A stretch of DNA of 58,281 nt from Gammaproteobacteria bacterium (GCA_049667605.1 JBATIF010000204.1:1-58281), one strand, 5' to 3'. Shown: positions 1 through 10,235, counted from the first letter of the stretch. Program-made: numbers and translations. The notes: a model not told the origin generated them from the sequence alone.

Positions 1-123
1 GACGGGGGGCATTGCCGCCCGGGTGACCTGGCTCCATGGCAGGCCCAGCAGGAGGCAGAGCGCGATCTGGCGAAATACGGTTATTGGTCTGGCGAGGAAT
101 TGGCGCATAGTCGTGATAGTTAG
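1..123 (+). CDS. 3' end of an unidentified CDS entering from the left edge (partial)
   Basis: Frame 1 is open from nt 1 to TAG at 121-123 (...DLAKYGYWSGEELAHSRDS*). Its stop overlaps the mfd stop by 4 nt in convergent orientation. No family is recognisable from 40 aa. Confidence 0.3.
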   Translation, partial: DGGHCRPGDLAPWQAQQEAERDLAKYGYWSGEELAHSRDS

Positions 124-3100
124 TGTAGTAGTCGGGTTTCTTGCCCTGAAAGCAGGGCAAGCATATCTGAAATAATACTGAAACGCTCCTCTTCCGTGGG
201 GAAATCCCCGTAGAGTCTCAGCTTGTTGCCGCCTTCAAAGCGGAACCTGTCCGGTTTGACCTGGATCAGTTCCACCAGGCTGGCAGTGTCGATGTCGGGC
301 TCGCTGCCAAACAGGATGCGGCCTTCGGTGCTGCCGATCTCGATTTTCCCGATGCCCATGGGCGCCGCGAGCAGTTTCAGTTCCGATATCCTGAACAGGG
401 TTTTGGCAGCCTGCGGTAACAGGCCGAAGCGGTCGATCAGTTCCACCTGCAACTCCCTGAGATCCTTTTTTGTCTCCATGCCGGCGATGCGCTTGTAGAC
501 GACCAGCCGTGTATGCACGTCGGCTATGTAGTCATCAGGCAGCAGCGAGGCGGTCAGCAGGTCAATTTCAGGCCCCTGGTGCAGCGGTTGATCCAGCTTC
601 GGGGTGCGTCCCTCCTTCAGCGACTTGACCGCGCGTTCCAGCAAATCTGTATACAGCGTATAGCCGATTTCATGGATTTGCCCGCTTTGGTCATCGCCGA
701 GCAGCTCACCGGCACCACGGATCTCGAGGTCGTGTGTCGCCAGGGTAAAACCGGCACCGAGTTCTTCCATGGACTCAACCGCGGCCAGCCGCTTTTCGGC
801 ATCTGCCGTCATTGTAGTGCGCGGCGGGATAATCAGGTAGGCATAGGCGCGATGATGGGAGCGGCCGACACGCCCGCGCAGCTGGTGCAGCTGGGCAAGA
901 CCGAGCTTGTCGGCGCGGTTCATCAGAATCGTGTTGGCACTCGGGACATCGATGCCGCTCTCGATAATCGTGCTGCACAGCAGTATGTTGAAACGGCGGT
1001 GGTAAAAATCCAGCATGACCTGCTCGAGTGCCTGCTCGCGCATCTGGCCATGCGCAATCTCGATACTGGCCTCGGGGATTATCTTGCCGAGTTCCTCGGC
1101 CATGCGATCGATTGATTCAACCTGGTTGTGCAGGAAGTACACCTGTCCGCCGCGTTTTATCTCGCGCAGGCAGGCCTCGCGGATAATCGCGCTGTCCCAT
1201 TCGCACACGAAGGTTTTAACGGCGAGCCGGTTTTCCGGCGGGGTGGAGATGATGGAGAGATCACGCATGCCCGCGAGCGACATGTTCAGCGTGCGCGGTA
1301 TCGGTGTTGCCGTCAGGGTGAGAATGTCGATTTCCGCGCGCAGTTTCTTGATCAGTTCCTTCTGGCGCACGCCGAAACGGTGCTCCTCGTCGATAATCAG
1401 CAGCCCGAGCCGCTTGAACTTTATGGCAGGCTGCAGCAGCTTGTGGGTGCCGATCACGATATCGACGCGGCCTGTCTCCAGCCCCTCGAGTACGATGTTC
1501 TGCTGTTTACCGGTGCGAAAGCGTGACAGCAACTCGACGCGTACCGGCCACTCGGAGAAGCGGTCGGAAAAATTCTGGTAGTGCTGTTGCGCCAGCAGCG
1601 TGGTCGGCACCAGGATGGCGACCTGCCTGCCGTCCTGCACCGCGAGGAACGCCGCGCGCATGGCAACTTCTGTCTTGCCGAAACCGACATCTCCGCAGAC
1701 CAGCCGGTCCATGGGTGTGCTCGCTTGCATGTCCGCGAGCACCTTGCTGATAGCTTCCTCCTGGTGAGGGGTTTCCTCGAAGGGAAAGCTGGATGCAAAC
1801 GCGGCATATTCACTCCCCGGGGTGGCATAGGCATGGCCTTTACGGGCGGCCCGCCGGGCGTAAATATCAAGCAATTCGGCGGCAACATCATGGATGCGTT
1901 TGGCAGCCTTGCGCCGGGCACGATCCCACTGGTCGGTGCCGAGTTTGTGCAACGGGGCAGACTCAGCAGAGGCACCGGTATAGCGGCTCACCAGCGCAAG
2001 CGATGCAACCGGGACATAGAGTTTGTCAGCGCCGGCATATTCAAGGGCGAGGAACTCGTTTTCTATCTCACCCAGATCGAGTTTTACAAGGCCAAGATAG
2101 CGGCCGACACCATGTTCTTCATGGACGACTGGGGCATTGATTTCAAGGTCGGTGAGGTTCCTGATGATAGCGGCCGGGTCGCGTGCCGGTTTTCGCCGGC
2201 GGGATTGCCGCGCACGGTCGCCGAAAATGGCCGTTTCAGGAATGATTGCCAGGGCAGGGGATTCCAGTACCAGCCCATGTTCGAGCGGTGCAACGGTGAT
2301 GGAGAGCGCGTGTTCCGCATCAAGGAAGGCCTGCCAGCTGTCGACCAGCTGCGGGCGTATGCCGAAACCCCGGAGCTGGTCGATCAGGGCCTCCCGCCGG
2401 CCCGTGGATTCCGCCGTCAGCAGGGTGCGGCAGGGCGTGTTGTTCAGAAAATCCTGCAGGGCGATGGCCGGCTGGTCGCCGCGTGGCCTGATGCGCAGAC
2501 CGCCGGGAAGCTTTACCTTATGATCAACCGTTCCCTTGCCGGCATGCACTTCCCTGAACAGGCTGATATTGACCAGCGGATACCCGGTCAGTTGCTGCTG
2601 CAGCTGTTCCAGCTCGATAAAAAGCATATCGGGCGGCAATACGGGCCTTTGAATGTCATGGCGCCTGGATTCATAGCGCTCCAGCAACTGGATGTAAAAA
2701 TTTTCACAGGCCTGGTCGGTGGCATCCGGTTTAATGATGCAGCTGCTGTTTGGGAGATACTCAAACAGGGTGCTGGTTCTTTCAAAGAACAGCGGCAGGT
2801 AGTACTCGATCCCGGCCGAGGCAATCCCCTGGCTGACCTCACGGTATATATTGCAGTTCTGCGGGTCACCCTCGAAGCGGGCACGGTAACGCCGGCGAAA
2901 AGAGCGGATTGCATTTTCGTCCATCGGAAATTCACGTGCCGGCAACATCTTTATCGCGTCGCAGTGTTCAACAGTGCGCTGGGTTTCCGGGTCGAACGTC
3001 CTGATTGACTCGATTTCCCGGTCAAAGAAATCAATTCGCAAGGGCTGTTCACTGCCCATGGGAAACAGGTCGAGGAGAGAGCCGCGCACGGCAAACTCGC

Positions 3101-3623
3101 CGTGCTCCATTACCTGGGAAACGCATCGATAGCCTGCAGCGTCCAGGCGCAGCCGCATTTCTGCCGGGTCAAGCGGGTCGCCGGTTTTCAGTAGCAGGCT
3201 GTTGTTGAGTATGTAGTCCGGCGGCGGCAGCCGCTGCATGACGGTCGGGGCAGAGACGATCAGCAGTCCGCGATGAAATTCCGGCAACCGGTACAGGGAA
3301 GCCAGCCGCTGGGAAATAATGTCCTGGTGCGGTGAAAAATTGTCGTAGGGCAGGGTTTCCCAGTCAGGAAAGATAATGGCAGGCTTGTCTGTGTCTGAGC
3401 TGAAAAAATTGTACTGCTCAAACAGCAGTTCGGCAGACTGCATGTCGGGAGTGATTACGACCAGCAGGCCTGCGTGGTTTTGTACCGCGGTGCTGATGGC
3501 AAGCGGCAGGCTGTCGCCCGACAGGCCGGTCCAGAGCTGTGCTTCACCCCTGCCCGGTAATGCGGACACAAGTGTGCCGTGGTTAGCGTGGGCTGTGGAA
3601 CTGGAATTGGCGGGTTGTGACAT
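120..3623 (-). CDS. mfd: transcription-repair coupling factor Mfd
   Basis: The 1179-aa ORF has a UvrB-homology N-terminus and a CarD-like segment (VVHEEHGVGRY). It has superfamily-2 helicase motifs (GDVGFGKTEVA, DEEHRFGV, QLRGRVGRS) and a TRCF C-terminal domain. The start is ambiguous: GTG at 3659 or ATG at 3623, and neither has a clear SD. The ATG is listed. Confidence 0.93.
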   Translation of the reverse strand: MSQPANSSSTAHANHGTLVSALPGRGEAQLWTGLSGDSLPLAISTAVQNHAGLLVVITPDMQSAELLFEQYNFFSSDTDKPAIIFPDWETLPYDNFSPHQDIISQRLASLYRLPEFHRGLLIVSAPTVMQRLPPPDYILNNSLLLKTGDPLDPAEMRLRLDAAGYRCVSQVMEHGEFAVRGSLLDLFPMGSEQPLRIDFFDREIESIRTFDPETQRTVEHCDAIKMLPAREFPMDENAIRSFRRRYRARFEGDPQNCNIYREVSQGIASAGIEYYLPLFFERTSTLFEYLPNSSCIIKPDATDQACENFYIQLLERYESRRHDIQRPVLPPDMLFIELEQLQQQLTGYPLVNISLFREVHAGKGTVDHKVKLPGGLRIRPRGDQPAIALQDFLNNTPCRTLLTAESTGRREALIDQLRGFGIRPQLVDSWQAFLDAEHALSITVAPLEHGLVLESPALAIIPETAIFGDRARQSRRRKPARDPAAIIRNLTDLEINAPVVHEEHGVGRYLGLVKLDLGEIENEFLALEYAGADKLYVPVASLALVSRYTGASAESAPLHKLGTDQWDRARRKAAKRIHDVAAELLDIYARRAARKGHAYATPGSEYAAFASSFPFEETPHQEEAISKVLADMQASTPMDRLVCGDVGFGKTEVAMRAAFLAVQDGRQVAILVPTTLLAQQHYQNFSDRFSEWPVRVELLSRFRTGKQQNIVLEGLETGRVDIVIGTHKLLQPAIKFKRLGLLIIDEEHRFGVRQKELIKKLRAEIDILTLTATPIPRTLNMSLAGMRDLSIISTPPENRLAVKTFVCEWDSAIIREACLREIKRGGQVYFLHNQVESIDRMAEELGKIIPEASIEIAHGQMREQALEQVMLDFYHRRFNILLCSTIIESGIDVPSANTILMNRADKLGLAQLHQLRGRVGRSHHRAYAYLIIPPRTTMTADAEKRLAAVESMEELGAGFTLATHDLEIRGAGELLGDDQSGQIHEIGYTLYTDLLERAVKSLKEGRTPKLDQPLHQGPEIDLLTASLLPDDYIADVHTRLVVYKRIAGMETKKDLRELQVELIDRFGLLPQAAKTLFRISELKLLAAPMGIGKIEIGSTEGRILFGSEPDIDTASLVELIQVKPDRFRFEGGNKLRLYGDFPTEEERFSIISDMLALLSGQETRLLH

Positions 3624-3699
3624 GCGTGTTCTTGACAAATGCCCGGTGCCGGGCTGCACGGGGCATAATACTTGAGTTGATCGTTGTCTTATACCCGGT

Positions 3700-3882
3700 T
3701 CAGGGCGGGCTGCCTGAATCCCGGCCTTTAAAACCAGGTTTGCTGAAGATCATGTGTCCCGGGCAGAAGCCGATAACGCCAGCGAACAGTAAAGCAAGGG
3801 GCGGGATATACAAAAGCCAAAGGACATTATTGAAGCCACCAGGCCATCTACCCGGTGCAACAAAGCCCGCATAAGAAGGCAT
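3700..3882 (-). CDS. hypothetical small membrane protein (60 aa)
   Basis: The ORF lies just upstream of mfd on the same strand and has one hydrophobic span (VLWLLYIPPLALLFAGVIGFCPG). It weakly resembles the GxCP end of DUF2892-type proteins. There is no convincing SD. Confidence 0.3.
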   Translation of the reverse strand: MPSYAGFVAPGRWPGGFNNVLWLLYIPPLALLFAGVIGFCPGHMIFSKPGFKGRDSGSPP

Positions 3883-4109
3883 TACATTCGGCTGGTTCCC
3901 TGCCGGTGTATCTCTGATTATTGTTTAACAAATAAACGCTTATGTCTGGTCACGGGTTGGAATGGGCCACGTCGAGACTGTATATTACAAGCCGGTGGAA
4001 AAGCAGCCAGTACGCGCAGCTGTCAGCTCGCTCATACATTTTGCAGATAGCGGCTGTCAGCCCGAATGCCAGGCAAGCAGCCTGACCAGACCGGAATAAG
4101 GATTAATTC

Positions 4110-6386
4110 ATGGCTAAGACATATGGAGAATGGCTGGTCCGCTGGAAGATTCCCGTCCTGCTGGTGTCTTTGCTGCTGGTGGCCCTGGCCGGCAGTGGCG
4201 TCAGGTTTCTTCAGTTCAAAACCGACTACCGGATGTTCTTCAGCGAAGACAATCCGCAGATGCAGGCATTTGAGCAGCTGCAGAACACCTATACCAAAAC
4301 AGACAATGTGTTATTTGTGCTTGCACCAAAAGACGGGCGGGTGTTTACCCCGGAAACCCTCGCAAGTGTCGCCTGGCTGACTGAGGCCTCCTGGCAATTA
4401 CCTTATTCCATCCGCGTCGACTCGATTAGCAACTACCAGCACACCCGGGCAGAAGAAGATGACCTGGTTGTTGACGACCTTGTGCCGGATGCGGCAAATA
4501 TTGATGCTGCAGGTCTTCAGTCCATCCGCGACATCGCCATTAACGAGCCGCTGCTTGTTCATCGCCTGATCGCACCTGATGGCCGGGTCACCGGTGTCAA
4601 TGTAACCATCCAGCTACCTGATAACGGCAGCGGCGAGGAAGTGCCGGAAGTAACTGCGTTTGCACGCGATCTTGTCGAGCAGGTAAAGGCCGGGAATCCG
4701 AACCTGGATGTTTACCTTACCGGCATGGTCATTATGAATAACTCCTTCCCCGAGGTCAGTATTCGTGATCAGCAAACCTTGATTCCGATGATGTTTGCAG
4801 TCGTCATCCTGACACTTCTGCTGCTGCTGCATTCGTTTACGGCTGCGCTCGCCACTTTTTTTGTAATTGTTTTTTCCATAGTGGCTGCCATGGGTCTGGC
4901 TGGATGGCTGCGAATCCCGCTGACACCACCGTCAGCCTCTGCACCCACAATTATCCTGACCCTTGCAGTGGCTGACTGCGTGCATGTGCTCATCAGCTTG
5001 TTGCATGACATGCGCAGGGGGCTGGATAAGACCTCCGCCATCATCGACAGCCTGCGGATCAACCTTCAGCCGGTTTTTCTGACAACATTGACGACAGCCA
5101 TCGGTTTCATGAGCATGAACTTCAGCGATGCGCCGCCGTTTCGTGACCTGGGCAATATTGTTGCCATGGGTGTCGGCATTGCTTTTGTTCTATCCGTGGG
5201 CTTTCTCCCTGCGCTGATGCTGTGCCTGCCTGTGCGCGTAAAGGTTGGTGAGACTCGGCGTGCACGGGCGATGGACCGTCTGGCAGAGACTGTTATTAAA
5301 CAGCGCAATTACCTGTTCTGGGGAATGGGTTTTATCGTTATTGGCCTGGTAATCTTTATCCCGCGCAATGAATTAAATGACGAGTTTGTCAAATACTTTG
5401 ACACCTCAGTTGACTTCAGGAATGCAACCGATTTCGCAACCAGCAACCTGACCGGCGTCTATACAATTGATTATTCGCTCGGTACGGGTGAGAGCGGGGG
5501 CATCAGTGAGCCGGATTTTCTCAGGGATGTTGATCGCTTTGCGGAGTGGTACCGGCAACAGCCCGGTGTGCTGCACGTCAATACACTGACCGACATAATG
5601 AAGCGTTTGAACAGGAATATGCATGGCGATGACCCGCAATGGCATCGCTTGCCTGGTCAGCGCGATCTGTCGGCACAGTACCTGCTGCTCTACGAGATGT
5701 CCCTGCCCTATGGACTTGACCTGAATAACCAGATCGATATCGGCAAAACCGCCACGCGCATGACGGTCTCCCTGGAGAGTGTCTCAACCAACGAAATGCT
5801 TGCCCTTGATCAAGAAGCACAGGCCTGGCTGGGAGAAAATGCACCTCATATGAAGACTGACGGGGCAAGTCCGTCTGTCATGTTTGCACATATCGGCTAT
5901 CGAAATATCCGCAGCATGTTAACGGGCACGACAATCGCCCTGGTACTGATATCCGTGGTGCTGGTTATTGCGCTGCGCTCTGTCAAAATAGGCCTGGTAA
6001 GCCTGGTGCCGAACCTGATCCCTGCGGCCATGGGCTTCGGACTGTGGGGTTTGCTGGTGGGGGAGGTGGGGCTGGCACTTTCAGTGGTTACCGGTATGAC
6101 CCTGGGTATCGTGGTCGACGATACTGTGCATTTTCTCAGCAAGTACCTGCGCGCAAGGCGTGAGCAGGGCCTGCATTCCGCCGACGCCGTGCGCTACGCC
6201 TTCTCTACGGTTGGTATGGCGTTGTGGGTGACATCGTTTGTACTGATCGCCGGTTTCATGGTCCTGACCCAGTCGGCCTTCAAACTGAATGCCGACATGG
6301 GCCTGCTTACAGCCATCACTATCGGTTTTGCTCTTATAGCTGACTTCCTTTTTCTTCCGCCGCTGTTGATGAAAATCGATAAATAG
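4110..6386 (+). CDS. RND-superfamily exporter, MMPL/HpnN-like (COG1033 type)
   Basis: The 758-aa protein has two repeated halves. Each half has one N-terminal TM, a large soluble loop and a 5-TM bundle (SSD-like blocks LTLAVADCVH..., GIVVDDTVHFLSKY). This is the typical MMPL architecture. Confidence 0.85.
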   Translation: MAKTYGEWLVRWKIPVLLVSLLLVALAGSGVRFLQFKTDYRMFFSEDNPQMQAFEQLQNTYTKTDNVLFVLAPKDGRVFTPETLASVAWLTEASWQLPYSIRVDSISNYQHTRAEEDDLVVDDLVPDAANIDAAGLQSIRDIAINEPLLVHRLIAPDGRVTGVNVTIQLPDNGSGEEVPEVTAFARDLVEQVKAGNPNLDVYLTGMVIMNNSFPEVSIRDQQTLIPMMFAVVILTLLLLLHSFTAALATFFVIVFSIVAAMGLAGWLRIPLTPPSASAPTIILTLAVADCVHVLISLLHDMRRGLDKTSAIIDSLRINLQPVFLTTLTTAIGFMSMNFSDAPPFRDLGNIVAMGVGIAFVLSVGFLPALMLCLPVRVKVGETRRARAMDRLAETVIKQRNYLFWGMGFIVIGLVIFIPRNELNDEFVKYFDTSVDFRNATDFATSNLTGVYTIDYSLGTGESGGISEPDFLRDVDRFAEWYRQQPGVLHVNTLTDIMKRLNRNMHGDDPQWHRLPGQRDLSAQYLLLYEMSLPYGLDLNNQIDIGKTATRMTVSLESVSTNEMLALDQEAQAWLGENAPHMKTDGASPSVMFAHIGYRNIRSMLTGTTIALVLISVVLVIALRSVKIGLVSLVPNLIPAAMGFGLWGLLVGEVGLALSVVTGMTLGIVVDDTVHFLSKYLRARREQGLHSADAVRYAFSTVGMALWVTSFVLIAGFMVLTQSAFKLNADMGLLTAITIGFALIADFLFLPPLLMKIDK

Positions 6387-6532
6387 GTTTTATCCTTGCG
6401 GGCGAGGCACTCTTCTTTATTGCGCTAACTTGCAGGGGCCAGCGCCAGCTGGCGAGGTGTTTGCGAGCTGTCGCTCGCTCCTGCAGAATAATCAAGAGGA
6501 AGTACGTGACCCGCCATGGTGAAGCCGCTTGC

Positions 6533-7051
6533 CTAGCGGATTTCTTCAATAGATAACTTTTTCTCCATGACCATCGGCGTGATCAGTGCATGGCCTTGCA
6601 GTTGCCAATGGGCCAGTTCGGTGATCGCCGACGGGACCACGTCTATGAATTCATAAAAGTCGCCGGTTGCATAACCATAGTCTTCTGCTGCCATACCGCA
6701 CACCTTGAATTCCACGCCCAGGCTTGCGTAATAACGCATGCGCTCTACAGCATCCCGGTATTTCTCATAGTTCTTGCGGGCAACGGTGACAATCTCCGTG
6801 CCATGGATTACGACCTTGATATCCATGAACTCGGGTGCCAGCCCGTAGGGCTCAGCCATCAGGGGGTTGACCAGTGAACGAATCCAGAAGAGGGCGGAAT
6901 TGATTTTCTGCGGGTCGTCCAGGTAAAAATCATAGACGACTTTTTGTTCGGTGTAGGGAGTTTCAACCAGTTTAGATACTTCTTCGTCCGCCGGCAGGGA
7001 ATGGCAGAGCAGCAATGTGATTACAATGAAGAGGGCCTTTAGTGGCTGCAT
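6533..7051 (-). CDS. DsrE/DsrF-like family protein with N-terminal signal peptide
   Basis: The KVVYDFY...IKVVIHGTEI...VEFKVCGMAAE pattern fits the DsrE-fold family. ATG at 7051 (MQPLKALFIVITLLLCHSLPA) is preceded by GGAG at good spacing. The longer ORF to 7078 is less likely. Confidence 0.7.
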   Translation of the reverse strand: MQPLKALFIVITLLLCHSLPADEEVSKLVETPYTEQKVVYDFYLDDPQKINSALFWIRSLVNPLMAEPYGLAPEFMDIKVVIHGTEIVTVARKNYEKYRDAVERMRYYASLGVEFKVCGMAAEDYGYATGDFYEFIDVVPSAITELAHWQLQGHALITPMVMEKKLSIEEIR

Positions 7052-7178
7052 ATTTCGACTCCAGCGCTGTGTTGTCACTTCCCAACTATAGTCTATTCAC
7101 GGCTCTATTGTTGCCTGCAGCCGATATCCACCCGCTCAGGGTGAATATTTACCGGGGTATAAAAAATTCAGGCCCGCA

Positions 7179-8312
7179 TCAGGCTGCAGAGGCGACAGCA
7201 GTACGATGGGCTTCGCAAAGCGCCAGGCGTTTCTCATAGGCCTCCCGGGCTACCCTGATATCGTCCAGAAAATACCCCAGTTCATTCATGCGCAAGGCCT
7301 GTGGCCCGTCCACCAGGGCCTTGCTCGGTACCGGATGGAAATCAACCAGCACCATGTTGGCGCCTGCGATCACACCTTGTGCCGTTACATGAAAGACATC
7401 GAGGATACCTTCCGGTGTAGAGTCACGGCTGCCTACCGAGTGTGATGGATCAATACAGACCGGCATGCGCGTCAGGCGCTTGACGACCGGAACGTGGGCA
7501 AAATCGATAAAATTGCGATGCGGGTCGCCCATGTTGGTCTTCATGCCACGCAGACCGAACACCACGCGCCGGTTGCCTTCACTGGCGAGATATTCCGCGG
7601 CATTGAGTGATTCTTCCAGGGTGATACCAAAGCCGCGTTTCAGCAGCACCGGGAAATCCGGGTCACGCCCGATCGACTTGAGTAATTCGAAGTTCTGCGT
7701 ATTGCGGGTGCCGATCTGCAGCATCACGCCGGTCGGGTTGCCGGTCAGTTCCAGGGCTTCATGGATCTCGGCGACATGCGAGTCGTGGGTGACTTCCATG
7801 GCAACGACTTTTATATCGTATTTTCCGGCGAGCTCGAAAACAAAAGGCAGGCAGCTCTTTCCATGACCCTGGAAAGAGTAGGGGTTGGTGCGCGGCTTGT
7901 ATGCGCCCATGCGGGTGCATTGCTGGCCATGCTCCTTCAATGCCTTCATCATTTGTTCGACATGTTCGGGATTGTCTACCGCGCAAAGACCGGCGAATAC
8001 GTTCAGGTTATCCTGGCCGAAGCGGATACCGTTGTAATCAAAGTGCGTGGGGCGCACATCATCATGATGGCGTCCGAGTACACGGTATTCCTCTGATACG
8101 CGCACAACGCGGTCTACACAGGGCAGGCTCTGCATATCCTCGATTATCAGTGAAGCCGTATCTCCGACCAGGTAGATTTCGGTGAGGGTTTGCAGGATGC
8201 CTTTTTCGTCATGCACGCGCGACTGAATATTTTTCAGGTGCGACAGGAAATCCATCAACTGCCGATATTCGGACCCGTCCTTATCAGTGTCGGCGTGCAA
8301 AATCAGGATCAT
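7179..8312 (-). CDS. 3-deoxy-7-phosphoheptulonate (DAHP) synthase, type I-beta, with N-terminal ferredoxin-like regulatory domain
   Basis: The protein has the KPRTNPYSFQG motif and a (beta/alpha)8 core (GLRGMKTN..., CIDPSHS). About 90 aa of N-terminal extension resemble the Thermotoga-type regulated enzyme. Confidence 0.88.
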   Translation of the reverse strand: MILILHADTDKDGSEYRQLMDFLSHLKNIQSRVHDEKGILQTLTEIYLVGDTASLIIEDMQSLPCVDRVVRVSEEYRVLGRHHDDVRPTHFDYNGIRFGQDNLNVFAGLCAVDNPEHVEQMMKALKEHGQQCTRMGAYKPRTNPYSFQGHGKSCLPFVFELAGKYDIKVVAMEVTHDSHVAEIHEALELTGNPTGVMLQIGTRNTQNFELLKSIGRDPDFPVLLKRGFGITLEESLNAAEYLASEGNRRVVFGLRGMKTNMGDPHRNFIDFAHVPVVKRLTRMPVCIDPSHSVGSRDSTPEGILDVFHVTAQGVIAGANMVLVDFHPVPSKALVDGPQALRMNELGYFLDDIRVAREAYEKRLALCEAHRTAVASAA

Positions 8313-8463
8313 GCGCTTTTCCCAGCGGTTGTCAGGGGAAAATATTATCCATGAATATCATGCCCCTGACCACAGTTTTGCCCGGCCTTGTGCCGTCATT
8401 AGCCAGGAGCTATGCCGGGCACCGGCCGACAGGGCCGATAGCCGGCAGAGCAGTGGTTTCAGA

Positions 8464-8976
8464 TCAGTTACGGTTCGGGCGGTGGACGACGGAGTGCAAC
8501 ACCAGGTTGTATTCGAAATACACGGAAAAGTCTTTATATTCCCAGCGTGTGATGGGTGGATCGCCAATGCTGCTGCCTTCGGATATTGGAGTGCCGAACT
8601 GGCGGCGGACCATGTCCATCGTCATGCCATTACGCGGAGTTTTCATGTCCGGTGCCGACTGAATGCTGTCAATAAGCAGGACATCACCTGTCGTTCTCGT
8701 TGTGGAAGTTTCTTGGGAGCCCATTGGTGAGGCAACAGGCACATTCCCGCTATCGGGCCTCTCCTCCATAACCGGCATGGTTGCCGGCATTTCATTTGCC
8801 GTGGCCGCGTCCTCGGCAGTCTTTGTCATCTCGGCTTTCTTGCCGCCCTGTTGCTCTTTTTCCCACCAGGAATCCCCGGGTTGCCAGGGTTCGTAAGGCT
8901 GGGATGAACAACCGGCGAGGCCCACCAGGGCAACACCCGCGAGTATCAGAAGTACGCTGTTTTTGTTACAAGTCAT
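8464..8976 (-). CDS. lipoprotein of unknown function (possible BamE/SmpA_OmlA-like C-terminal domain)
   Basis: A lipobox is present (LVGLAGC|SS) after MTCNKNSVLLILAG. The middle is low-complexity and acidic. The C-terminus reads NGMTMDMVRRQFGTP...WEY, which is BamE-like. The ORF extends to 9042, but the internal ATG at 8976 gives a canonical signal peptide. Confidence 0.6.
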   Translation of the reverse strand: MTCNKNSVLLILAGVALVGLAGCSSQPYEPWQPGDSWWEKEQQGGKKAEMTKTAEDAATANEMPATMPVMEERPDSGNVPVASPMGSQETSTTRTTGDVLLIDSIQSAPDMKTPRNGMTMDMVRRQFGTPISEGSSIGDPPITRWEYKDFSVYFEYNLVLHSVVHRPNRN

Positions 8977-9167
8977 TTTCGGACAAGCCCCGTATCGTTG
9001 GTGAAAATCTCTGGCATGTTGGTATATTGTGAAATCAAACATTTTATCCCTTAAATATTTTTTGACTATATCACCGAGACGATTGATACAAAAGCGTTAA
9101 ATTAGGATTTGTGCAAGCCATCACCCGGCGGCCGGAGCGCGTATCGGCGTCTATATTATCGGGGCAA

Positions 9168-10235
9168 ATGGCCGGTTTTCAGCCAGTGGGCAAATATAAC
9201 AGGGGTGTGGCCATTTCCAGGCGTATAAACCATCGTTTTTCCGTGGCGCCCATGATGGACTGGACGGATCGTCATTGTCGCTATCTACTGCGTCTGGTTA
9301 CTGCAGATACCCTGTTGTATACCGAGATGGTGACTACACATGCCCTGTTGTACGGCGACAGGGACCGTTTCCTCAGGTTCAATAGTCCTGAACACCCGCT
9401 AGTCCTGCAGCTCGGTGGTAGCGATCCGCTTGCGTTGGCTGAGTGCGCGCGCCTTGCAATGGAATACGGCTATGACGAGATCAACCTGAATGTCGGCTGC
9501 CCCAGTGACCGGGTTCAGTCGGGCCGCTTTGGCGCATGCCTGATGGCCGAACCCGGACTGGTGGCTGATTGTGTCGCGGCAATGCAGGATGCCGTGGCGC
9601 TCCCGGTGACCGTCAAGTGCCGTACCGGGATTGATGAGCGGGATTCGTATGAAGAGCTTGCCGGATTTATCCGCACGGTCAGTAATGCCGGCTGCGGCAC
9701 CTTTATCATCCACGCGCGCAAGGCCTTTCTGCAGGGCTTGAGCCCGAAGGAAAACCGCACAGTCCCGCCCCTGAACTACGATTATGTCTACCGGATCAAG
9801 CAGCAATTTCCGGGTCTTGAAATAATAATAAATGGTGGTATCCGTGATCTGGATAGTGCGCAAGCCCATTTAGGACAGGTCGATGGCGTGATGCTTGGCA
9901 GGGTGGCCTATCATGAACCCTATATGCTGGCCGGGGTTGATGCACGTTTCTACGGCGCCGCGCAAAAGCCCCGCGGGCGTGAGGAGATTGTTCACCAGAT
10001 GCTGGCATACATCGAAGCGGAACTTGCAGCGGGTACACTGCTCAAACACATCACCCGCCATATGCTGGGCCTGTTTGCCGGTGAACCGGGTGCCAGGCAC
10101 TGGCGGCGCTATCTGGGCCAATACGCACACAAGCCGGGGGCGGGCACCGAGGTAGTGCTTGAAGCGCTCGAAATCGTTTCTCAATTCAGCAAGGCTGCAG
10201 CAGCAAAATCAGGGTGCGTTCAACAGCATGGATGA
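9168..10235 (+). CDS. dusA: tRNA dihydrouridine(20/20a) synthase DusA
   Basis: The RFSVAPMMDWTDRHCRY signature and FMN TIM-barrel motifs (NLNVGCPS, VKCRTG, IIHARKA) are present. The start is uncertain: the ORF opens at GTG 9111, and the ATG at 9168 is listed. Confidence 0.9.
   Translation: MAGFQPVGKYNRGVAISRRINHRFSVAPMMDWTDRHCRYLLRLVTADTLLYTEMVTTHALLYGDRDRFLRFNSPEHPLVLQLGGSDPLALAECARLAMEYGYDEINLNVGCPSDRVQSGRFGACLMAEPGLVADCVAAMQDAVALPVTVKCRTGIDERDSYEELAGFIRTVSNAGCGTFIIHARKAFLQGLSPKENRTVPPLNYDYVYRIKQQFPGLEIIINGGIRDLDSAQAHLGQVDGVMLGRVAYHEPYMLAGVDARFYGAAQKPRGREEIVHQMLAYIEAELAAGTLLKHITRHMLGLFAGEPGARHWRRYLGQYAHKPGAGTEVVLEALEIVSQFSKAAAAKSGCVQQHG

Noticed and set aside
1581-3008. 475-aa ORF on the plus strand, plus many other 60-200-aa ORFs between 200 and 3700
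   Set aside because: It lies entirely antisense to the well-supported mfd gene. Its composition is Arg/Gly/Ala-rich and low in information, typical of shadow frames in GC-rich DNA, and I see no recognisable motif.
3883-4109. Possible ncRNA or small gene in the 227-nt gap upstream of the MMPL transporter
   Set aside because: I could see no conserved RNA motif, hairpin-plus-T-run or RBS-preceded ORF. The overlapping ORF at 4066-4380 is out of frame with the transporter and Trp/Cys-rich (shadow-like).
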